From Vitrella brassicaformis CCMP3155 (lineage: Eukaryota; Protista; Chromerida), in assembly GCA_001179505.1 (NCBI GenBank), contig CDMY01000356.1, positions 62,001-126,000 of the forward strand: 64,000 nucleotides of DNA. The letters are read 5' to 3'. Under the pieces are notes generated by a model, which was given only the letters and a program-made list of their open reading frames with translations, was not told where the DNA came from and ran no database searches. Positions 49,905 through 60,059 of this stretch are shown here, piece by piece (position 1 is the first letter of the stretch; each line of letters starts with the position of its first letter). Position numbers and translations under genes: made by a program.

Positions 49905-50899
49905 ATGTCGGTGTCGGTGTGGACGGACGGTGAGTGGGAGGGACAAAGGGGGAGAGGAGGAGAGGGGGGATGCGATGTGCCCTTCTGTATCCCTGCTGTC
50001 ATTTTGCCTTGTGTCCCCTTGTCTTGTCTGTGTGCAGGTGCCTGCCTTGGCAATGGCACGGGGTACCCTCGCGCTGGATGGGCCATTTGGTTTGACGACA
50101 ATGACGCCGAGTAAGCGAGAGAAGGAACAGAGCACAAGAGAGAGGTTGTGCGTACCTGCGGCTTCCCCTGTGTGTGTGTGTGTGTCTTCTGCAGCAATGA
50201 CCTCAATCGCTTGTACGGCAAGCAGACGAACCAGCGTGCGGAGATGTTTGCTGTCATCAAGGCACTCGAGGCGTGCAGGTACGGTCCTGATGGCACATCT
50301 AACACTCATGTGCCACATCACTCGGGCGCACGTCTGCGGCGCGTGCGGTGTGGGTGTGCAGGGATGACCTGCGTTATCCCCTGGTCGTCTACACGGACTC
50401 CAAGTACACGATCGACTGCATGTACAAGTGGCTCAAGAAGTGGAAGAGCAACGACTGGACCAACGCGCTAGGAAACGTAAGCTCTCCCACACGCGCACCC
50501 CACCTGAACCCCTGCCAGCCGGATCGTCTCTGTGTTGTGTCTGTGTTGTTCAATCAGGACGTTGCCAACCAGGACCTGATCAAGACGTTGGACTTCCTCA
50601 TGCAGGCAGGCAGAGCACCACGAAAGAACATCAGACGTACGACACCGACTCTCTCTCTCTCTCTTGTGTGTGTGTGTGTGTGTGCCTGTGCGTGTCAGGA
50701 GCGTGAGAATTCTTCCTGGGTGTGCACGTTGTGCGGCGCCACGAACGGCGGCGTGACCCTCGAGCACGTGCCTGCCCACAGCAACAACAAGGGCAACGAG
50801 GAGGCCGACCTCATGGCCAAGCACGCCGCCCAGTTCTACGACGAACCCTACGACCAGGACGCCATCATCCGCGAGTGCCTCGACCAGTACGACGACTAG
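49905..50899 (+). CDS. RNH1: RNase H1 catalytic-domain-only protein, tandem copy B
   Basis: MSVSVWTD|GACLGNGTGYPRAGWAIWF, TNQRAEM, VYTDSKY, WLKKWKSNDW, VANQDLIKTLD and HVPAHSNNKGNEEADLMAK. All four D-E-D-D carboxylates are present. Intron positions match copy A. Confidence 0.88.
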
Positions 50900-52744
50900 A
50901 TTCACACATAGATAGATCCATGCAGCAAACTGAGGTTGGGAGGGGTGGGAGGTGGCTCATGGGGCGGGGATTGGGAGGGTCGGGGAGGTTTGGGGGGGCT
51001 GACCTGTATACGTACGATATTGATATCCAATCCATAGATGTGTATTGTAGGTGATGTGGGGCGCTCTTGTGCATAGGTAGGTATCTGTCCATAGGATGGA
51101 TGTGTAGATTTGTCCAGCCGTAGTCCAGGCATCTCACCGCACCGCACCGCACCGCACCGCACCTTGCCTCCACTCCACTTGCGCACACAAACACGCAGAC
51201 ACACACACACACACACACAGGTACACACGGGTGGGCGTGTGGGCGGGTGTTCCCGTCTTGTCGATACCTTTTTTGTCGACAGAGGGTGTGTACTGACTGA
51301 CTGACTCTGACCGAGCACTGCGGTGCTGGTTTGATAAGGGAGCGAGCGGGCTCGGCTCGTGAGGGAAGGAACAGAGAGAGAGCGCGTCAAGCCATGTCAA
51401 GCCATGGAAGCTGGCATGATGCCGCTCTGTCATGTATGTGTGGCTAATGCGCTAATGTAGTGCATCGCTCACACATCTCTGTGGGCGCCGAGAGCGGTCG
51501 CCGCACCCCCTTTGACTGACTGAGACATGACTGACGTGGCTTGTGCGACTGTCACGCATACAATGCGATGGCGATGAACTCGCAAAGTGAAGAGTGTGTC
51601 TCGTCTGTCGTTCTGCACCACGAGTGCATCGATACAACGAGCCGGCCCGGAAGGGCAAACAGAGCCGTGTGCCACTCGTGGCGGCGGACTCATGAACGAA
51701 CGAATGATGCTGATTCTGAATGAATCGGATCACTCGTGTCGCGGTGGCCAAGTCCATTGACAGATGCGATGGCTCGTGCCATGCAATGACGGACAGTCAC
51801 GGGCCCAGAAGGCGACCCGGCCCTGCATGCGCGCAGCACAGTGCATGACATGCGAGAGGCATGCCGAGCGACGAGAAGCGACCAGCACAAGACGGTCCGC
51901 GCTCACCGCACACGAGCTGACACAAAGTGTCACTCATCGATGCGATACCGAGCGACAGATGGGGGGAGAGAGAGAGAGGGAGATGGGCAGGCAGGCAGAC
52001 AGGTACACATCCGCCACACATCCACCAGCAACGCATCTATGCATCAGGACAACCAAAAATGTCAGAGAATCAAAACCGAACACCACCGAAACAACCCCAG
52101 CCGACCCACACTCCCATCACCCAGGGCGTCGCTGTCCATTTCCTCACGCGCCATGAACTGCTTCATCTACAGGAACACACACACACACACACACACATGG
52201 CGTGACATCCCGCCTCATGTGCTTCTTCTTCTGCTATACTCGCGAGCGTACATGTCTCCAGGTGTGGTCAATGGTCATGTTGATTGCAGCGGGTGACGAA
52301 GAAGAGACACACATGTACACAAGTGCTGTTGTCTCTCGTTACTGCAGATCGTGTGGCGGCGGTCACCTGCAGGTCTGTGTGAGTTTGCGTGGCCCTTTCT
52401 CTGTGCGAATGACTTATCCGACACCGACTCACACACAAGTTGTTGAATCAATCATGTCAACAGAGTCATGTACACACACGCGCGCACACGAACATATGGA
52501 TCGATCACACAACAAGGTCAGCCTGCCGTCCTGTCCTCTGCCACCAATCAGCGAAAAAGTCCCCTCGATCCCCCCCTCACTCACTCACTCACTCCACAGT
52601 TTGTCTGTCGTCTGTCTATCTATGTATCTATCTACAAGGCTAGCTCCCGCGCTGCATTCAGCCAGACCACTGACTGTGTGAGTGTGTGCCTGGCCTGTGT
52701 GTGCCCCTTGGAAGCACACACGCCCCTGCCTGCCTGTGCCTGCC

Positions 52745-53601
52745 TCACAGTGGCCTTTTCTTGTTCTTGTTGGCGTAGTACTGGTCCTCTCTCTCCTGCT
52801 CCTCCTGCGCTGACAGCACCAGCATCTCCGCCTCGTCAACCGTCAAGTCGTCCAGACGAGCAATCAGCACCTTCCGCTCGTAATCGCGCAGCTGCACACA
52901 GAACACATCACATGAGACAGCGTCAACACAGCCACGTCACGTATCCATCCACCCTCCCCTCCCTCCCTCCCTCCCTCGCTCCCTCTGACTGACTGACTGA
53001 CCTGTCGAGCGTATGTGGTGTCTTTGGAGTAGACGCGGAAGACATAAGTGAGTGTCCAAATGAGTGTGGCGACGCCCACGGCGCCCACGCCAAACCACCG
53101 CTGGAGGTCGAACTCGTCCATGCCCGTTGTCTCCAGGATGTAGCTGTAGAGGAAGAACGGCGCTATCGACAGGAACAGCGTGCCCAGGATGACATTGCCG
53201 CGGGTGAGGGGGATGGGGAAGTCGTTCTTCTCCACGTCCTCCTCCCCCAGCTTGACCACGGCGGCCTTGAGCTCCTCGATCAGCTGCCGCCGGTCCTCCT
53301 CGCTCATTTCTTCTTCGTCTTGGCCGCCCTTCCCGTCGCCCTGTGCTGATGCCGGTGTGACGGTCTTCGTGTCCGCATCTGCCTGCCGCTGCGTCGGCTG
53401 CTGTGCCGGCGGTGCGAGAGATGCCGACGGCTTCTCTGCGACTGTGTCGCTGAGCCTCGTCCACTGCGGTGAAAGGAGGGATGCACGCCGGCCGATAGAG
53501 GAGAGCCGCACGCCAGATGGGGAGAAGCAGAGCAGCTGCTGCAGCGGTGCAGCTAGCAGCAGCAGCAGCAGCAGCGTACCTGATGACAGAGATGGCCACA
53601 T
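52745..53601 (-). CDS. DUF3007-family plastid (cyanobacterial-origin) membrane protein with bipartite leader
   Basis: Two TMs, then WTLTYVFRVYSKDTTYARQ|LRDYERKVLIARLDDLTVDE, matching the remembered DUF3007 pattern TYxFRVxxKxMTYxQQLxDYE. Leader MWPSLSSGTLLLLLLLAAPLQQLLC-FSP. Confidence 0.8.
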
Positions 53602-53636
53602 CTTTCTTCTTGACCAGCCAAGCTCGCCATCGCATG

Positions 53637-53644
53637 AGCTCGCA
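53637..53644 (-). promoter_or_regulatory. TGCGAGCT candidate promoter element (DUF3007 / HPR pair)
   Basis: AGCTCGCA on the plus strand, with a near copy AGCTCGCC at 53621. Confidence 0.55.
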
Positions 53645-53806
53645 AATAGATGAGCCTCCGTTCCTGGCGCTTCGTCTTCGAGCTGCAGCATGTCTGTGGT
53701 ATGCACCTCATCATCGATTCGCGGAAGATCTTTGCCCATCCAAGCTGAGACCTGACTCTGGGGCCATCTGCTCACGTCAGCACTCATGGAGGAGGCCACG
53801 TCGCGG

Positions 53807-56800
53807 ATGAGATGGCTGGCTGCGTCACGGCAGTGCATGCCTGCCGCATCCAGCCATCCGAGGGGTACTCATGCCCTCTGGTTGTGGCGGCTGGGTCAGC
53901 GGCGGTTCAAGACGCGGGTTCAGCAGGCCGTCAGGATTGGCCAGAAGAACCTCAGGCAGCACATGAGAAGGGTCAGCCGCCCGCCGACACGAAGCGATGA
54001 ATCACTGGATGCATCCCATCTCATCTCTCGCTTGTTCTCTGGTGGTACCATCGCAGGCTCTCAACCGTGAGGACCGTCTGATAATGCAGGAGCGTCGTGT
54101 GGAGCGGCCATACCGCTACCACATGGTCAAGCACGTCACCGACCCGTCAGTGGCCTCCCGCACCTCCCTAGGGAGCGGCCTGCGGTCTGCCGGGCAGGCC
54201 ATTCGGTATTTGAGCCCCTTCGGCAACATCAAGACGGCCTCGCCCAGCGAACTGGTGCAGATCGCAACTATCAGCACTGACGTGTTCAAAAGGCATCACA
54301 GGCTGTGGTGACCAGACGGGAGGGAAGGGGGCGTGCTTGCCTGTCTGTCTGTCTAGCGGATGTGTGTCTGGCGTGTGTTGTGTGCAGGAGTCGGATTGCA
54401 GGTCGGTGTATGACGCTGATGCCCCGGCTGTCGGGCAGCGAGATGGCGCAGCTCATGCACTGCTTCGCCACGGTGAGGTTCCCCTGTGCTGCTCTCTTGC
54501 GGGCTGTCGTGCCTCGGATGGACCAACTCAGGTCGGCGACCACAGCAATGAACTGTCATGTCAGGGCCGTTGTATGTTTCGTGTCTGTGCGTGTGTGTGT
54601 GCAGGATGTTTCTGAGTGGGTCTGACTATGCGATGATCCTTCATGCATTTGCCGTCTTCGACGTTAAGGACCCACGGGTAAGTGGGTGTGCCAAGCCAAG
54701 CCAAGCAGGGAAGAGTGGGTGTACGTCATGTGTGCATTTCTGTATGTGTGTGGGTTCGTGCAGGTGTTACGGCATGTGTTGGGGGCCGCCCCGCAGTGCT
54801 TTCTGGACGAAGACTATGCTGTGTGTATACAACGACAGACATTGATGGACACCACATGGAGCGGCGGGGCGTAGCGTATGGGCCCCGTGCTGTGCTGTGC
54901 TGTGCTGTGCTGTGTGTTCCTCAGGGCGACTCGTCGTGTCTGCACCGTGACCTGGCTCTCCTGTGCAAAGGTGAGAGTGTGAAGCCATCAACCCATCCCT
55001 GCAGGCAGGCAGCACAGATGCTCTGTCTGTCGGTCTGTCTATCTATCTTTCTCTGTGTGTGTGGATTGGCTGGCTGCCACTGCTCAGCGTGTGGCCACTT
55101 CGGCGAGCAGCACAACGCCCTCCTCAACTACACCTCCGAGACCTACCGCACATCCATCGATCGGTACATCAAGGCCATCGCAGAGAGACAGAGGTGAGAG
55201 AGAAGCCACACCACACGCCAGCCAACATAAAAGGGGGGTCGAGTCGGCAGACAATCTCTCCCACCATCGCATCGTGCCATGCATGTCAGGTGTGCGGCGG
55301 AGCGTGTGGGTGCTGGCCAGCTGTTTGAGCTGCCGGATGTCGACCAGGAGGCTGATGGTATGAAGGATACACACGATACATACACCACATAAATGAGGCT
55401 TGGTGGGCAGCCAGCCAGCCTTGCAAACCGTTCTCTTTTCTTCCTATTGCTCAGACCAGGACATTGCGCCTCCCAGCAGCAGAGACATCAGGTGTGTGTC
55501 CGTTTCACACACATCCATCCATCCATCCATGGCTCCATCAATGACTTGCTGTGTTTGGCGTGTGTGCACTGCAGCCACGTGGTGGGTGCCTTCAGCCGGC
55601 TGCAGGTCAAGGACGAGCCCCTCTGTGCAGCCGTCAAGACACTCATCACACGCACCACACCACCACACAAACCGGTTGCCCCGGCCGGTGGTGCTGCCGG
55701 CACCTACTGGCTCGCCGCTGACCGATATGAATACGCACACGCGTGCAGCAATCGACAGACGTCACCACCCGTACAAGCGGCCGCCGGTGGTGGCGATGAG
55801 AGCGTCATGGGGCTGCGGGAGCAAGGGAGGGGCGGTGGCTCGGTGTACAGGTGGGGTGTGGGCGAGCTGACCAGGACGGTGACGGCCATGGCGGACTGTG
55901 GATATGTCGATAAGGTAGGTGGGCGGCATGTGCGTGTAGTGTTTTGTCTTGTCGCCTTGTGTTGTGTTGTATTTATTATTTGTCAGGATGTGACGGTGCG
56001 GTGGATGGATGGAGTGCGAAAGACGCTCCACACGCTCGACATTGAGACGACGTAGGGCTGGCTACACACTCACGAACGAACGAACAGCTCGGCAATCCTG
56101 CATCCTGCGTCCTGTGTCCTTGGTTGTTTGAATCAATGGTGCAGAGTGGATGTACTGAGGGCCGCTGACCGCCTCGGTAATCATATTACCTATCCTTCCC
56201 ACCGACTTTGCACTGTGACATGTATCTCATGCCGACTTCTGGCTGGCTGCATGTCATGTCGTCAGGTTGCTACAGCCGTTGGCTGCTGCGGAGAGTGTAC
56301 AATCGCCTCTACAAGATGATGCACACTCGCACGCCACCTCCACTTGAGGTGTGTGTAGTGCATGCCAGAACTGACGCCACACCAGGCCGCACCGCACCGC
56401 ACACAGTGGTGGCCTGGCCGTGTGTGTCCCTCACACAGGTGACGCTAGACCTGCTCGATATCTACGGGCAGCTGCCATATGCACACGCCGGCCTCTCGTG
56501 GGAACTCCATCGCCGGGTCGCCCGGATTGGGGCATCGTGGACGGCTGCCGCACTGCCCCCGCTGCCCAGTGACCCCACACAAGACGACACACGCCTGTTC
56601 CTGCCATCACCCTGTGGACCCCTACTGCCACACCCACAGCCAGGACTACCAAATAAGGACCCTCGTGTCTCTTCATTGGCGCCACCAGCAGCGGTGCACG
56701 TGGCGAGCGGCCTGTCGTCAAGTGTTGTTGCTGTCGAGGATAGGGTGTATGTGCCGACGACGAGTGTTGTGGGTGTCGGCAGGGGTGCGGTGTTGCCGTG

Positions 56801-58641
56801 GCGGCCAGTGGAGTTCTACTTCCCTGACAAAGTGCCACATGCACTGCTGCCCAGAATACTACAGGTCAGTGCGCTGTAGTGACCTTGTGCCACATTCTGG
56901 TCATGTGTGATTGGTGAGATGATAGAGGGATGGATAGATGTGGACGGACGGATTCTGGTGCATTCATTGTCCATTCGTTCAGGCGACTGTGGGTGTGTTT
57001 GGCTCCATGAATGCCCCCATCCCGGTGTCTCAGCTGGCCGAGCATCTCAACAAGGCCGCCTTCGCGGGGCTGCCGACTTCTCTGCTGGTCAAAAACCATA
57101 CACACCTAGGCAACCACATAGCACAACATCCATCCAGATGGATGGATGGATGTATGACCCTGTCTGTGTGCAGCTTGATGTGATGGAGTCATGCAACGAC
57201 CACAACGGCCAACAGCAGCACCAACAGCACCAGCAGCAGCAAGACCCATCCACCCCCTCTACCAACCTCTTCGATGCCCTCCCCAAGGTGTGGCGTGCTC
57301 TCGACCGCCGGATGGCCACCTACCTCAGGCTCCCACCAGACGGCGGCAATGGTGCACAGCCTCAGCAAGGAGAGTCCCCCGTATTCCAGAGCGAGGGTGT
57401 GGGGCTGCGAGAGGCATGTCGATACGCGAGGGTGATGGCCGGGCGGCTGGGGAGGGTGGGTGGGGGCGGTGGCGATGACGGTCCGATGGATGCCATGAGG
57501 CGCCGCTTGGACGGCACCAGGGCCTGGATTGTGGACCGACTCAACGACCAAACGGTGAGGGAGGATATCTGCAGAGATACATGTGAACATATTATTGAGG
57601 GGATAGGGTGGTGCGTTCGTTCAGCCCCACCAATGGCGGACAGTCGACGAGGCGATCGATGTGTTTGAGTTCGCCCTCACGCCCTTGATGCAGCACGGTA
57701 GTGGCCATGTTGACGTGGCGGCATCCCCCACTACTGCTGCTGCTGCTGGTGCCGTTGATGCGTGGGGCGGGTCAGTGGCTCTGGAGAGCATCTCTGTCTT
57801 CCTGAGTGAGAACGGACCCCTCCTTAACAAAGCCCATGTCCAACGACTGCTGATGGTGAGCCAGGCAGCACACCCACACGAACCAGTCAGGAGCTATGTC
57901 TTCCTCTCTCCCACCCAGGTCGCCTTCACGGCCCTCTCCCACCCGTCGCTCCAAGACAGCATCGGACGCCTCACCTCCCAATTGCACCTGACGACAGCAG
58001 AGTCAAGCCAACTACAATCCTTGCTGCAGTGGGTGCAGGCCCTTGCGTCGATCGTATCGGCGGTGATCCACCGGCTCCACGAGCTGATGCCCATCTTTCC
58101 CTCTCCATGGCTCGCCATGGCCGCGGCAGAGAGCAGCCACCTGGTGCGGCTACTAGATGGCCTCCATGGAAACCTCCCTGCAGAGCATAGTGGGTGGCTG
58201 GCGGAGCTCTATTTCTCGAGCACGATGCAGCTTGCCCAGGACTGTCGGCGGCTGGTACTGCGGCCGGTGCTGACGCGGCTTGCTGAGAGCCCTGCACTGC
58301 TGCTGCCGCTCGATGCCACCACGCTGATGTGCCTGCACACGGCACTGCAGTCGAAGGGCGAGGCGTCTGCCGCCATCAGGAGACTGTCGTGGAACGCGCT
58401 CAGGTCAGCCACACCGATGGAAAGAAAGTTCATACGGCCTTCCACCCTTGTTCTGTGTCTGTCAGGTTTCCCCAGCTGGCCGCGAACAAGGCTGGCGGCC
58501 CCTTCACCGACCTTGCTCGCCACCGTGTCAGCCCACGGGCATCAGGAGAACCACCAGCTGATGCTTCTGCGGCACCCACACACGAATGGGGTGAGAGGCG
58601 GCGATCGGTCAACGACTTGCTGTCAGCTGAGCATGAGATGA
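53807..58641 (+). CDS. Heptatricopeptide-repeat (HPR) helical-repeat protein, likely mitochondrial RNA-binding
   Basis: Arg-rich, acid-free N-terminus (MRWLAASRQC..RRFKTRVQQAVR). Spliced repeats start exactly 37 aa apart: ASPSELVQIA.., LSGSEMAQLMHCFA.., LSGSDYAMILHAFA... The later exon structure is less certain. Confidence 0.7.
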
Positions 58642-59264
58642 GGCGGGGAGCGGCGTGGTCAGCCACACCTGCTGCCGCTGGTGGTGGTGGTGGTGGTGGC
58701 GTTGATGGAGTGTATAGCTACAGTGACGTGTACAGCTTGCCGGAGTGCTTCACTGCAAGTGGTTGGAGTAGTGCATCGTGCAGCGGGATGGAGGGTGGGG
58801 GTGGTCAGTGGTGCGTGTGTGCGAGGGTGCTTCGGGGCATCCGTGTGCGGGCAGTGATGGATGTATGAGACATCTGCACGGAAAATGGGAGACACACAGA
58901 CAGACGGCCAGACGGCCAGAGACGATTAGTTAGTTGAGTACACAGAGTTACATAAAAATATGCTTACCCCGCGCAAGTATGTAACTTGGCTGGCTGTCCT
59001 CTGCCTGCCTGCGTACCTACGCACGAGGATACATGGGCAAATGCACGGGAGAGGCAGGAAGAAGAAGCACACGGGGCGTGACGCGTGCCATGTCTCCTCC
59101 TCTGACCACATGCACCACACAAGCAATGTTTCCACGCCCACGTATACCATATGTGTCACTACGGCGAGGGAGGGCCCGCCTATCTCGCTTTGGGCGAGGC
59201 GACCGACTGACTGGGTAGACGACAGACTGACTGAGTAGCGTTTCTTTTTGGCGAGCCAGCGCAC

Positions 59265-59356
59265 GCATGAAGGATCATCGCATAGGCAGACCCACTCAGA
59301 AACATTCTGCACACACACAGTGTCACACACACAGACACGAAACATACAGCGGCCCG
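59265..59356 (-). repeat. Inverted duplicate of an intron-end/exon-start fragment of the HPR gene (54564-54646)
   Basis: The minus strand reads gggccgctgtatgtttcgtgtctgtg..gtgcagaatgtttctgagtgggtctgcctatgcgatgatccttcatgc, nearly identical to 54564-54646. Confidence 0.85.
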
Positions 59357-60059
59357 CCACCGCGCAGATAGAGAGACGGAAGGCGGATGATGTGTGGGTG
59401 GCCACGCGGGGATGGACGCTCGTCGTCTCAGGTGCGTACGAGCTGAATGACAGACACATGTGCATGACCGCGTGGATCCCTCCCTCCCTCCCTGGCTGTG
59501 CTGTTGTGCTGCATTCATCGTGCGCTTTCCCCACAGGTCTGTCTGTGTATCTCCGTGTCCGACGGCCCTGTGTGCTGTGATCATTAATGAAGTGTTCAGC
59601 TGGTAGCTAGATACAGTACCTACCTGGGTAGATGATGATGAATGGCGCGGCGCCAGCACTGGGGCAGCCTCGTCTGTGTGTGTGTGTGTGTGTGCATGTC
59701 CGTGCTAGCTAAGAGAAGGTCAACCGACAGATCAAAGGGCCTGCCTGCCTACTGTCGCACGTGACGTGTTCGTGTGTTAGTGAATGAGTCAGTGTGCACG
59801 GCACGGCATGCCTGATGGGGGAGCTCAAAGGAAGGAGCCTGATCAAGGGACACGACAGTAAGGAACTAGCTAGCTAACTTGGCGACTTGACCCCTTCACT
59901 CCTCCCAATAACTCATCTATATGACATGGGAGAAGATTGGACGCAGGTATGGTATGCATGACCGGTATGTCTGTCTCCCTGTCCATCCCTCTTTCAAATA
60001 AACGGTCCTCGCGTCCGTACTCCGTACCCCTTGCTCTCAGTCAGAATCCAGTCCATCCA

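Larger units (their letters stand above)
47240..51560 (+). repeat. Diverged tandem duplication (~47.2-49.2 kb vs ~49.85-51.55 kb) containing both RNase H genes and flanks
   Basis: Homologous exons and introns, plus shared non-coding blocks such as gggtgttcc(t/c)gtcttgtcgata (~48665 / ~51243) and taatgcgctaatgtagtgca (~49021 / ~51446). Confidence 0.8.

Noticed and set aside
47297-50899. RNase H genes as remnants of an LTR retrotransposon
   Set aside because: Each has five spliceosomal introns at shared positions, and no gag, protease, RT, integrase or LTRs are seen nearby.
51700-52700. Possible small exons between RNase H copy B and DUF3007
   Set aside because: Candidate AG/GT sites do not yield a coherent ORF, so this was treated as intergenic.
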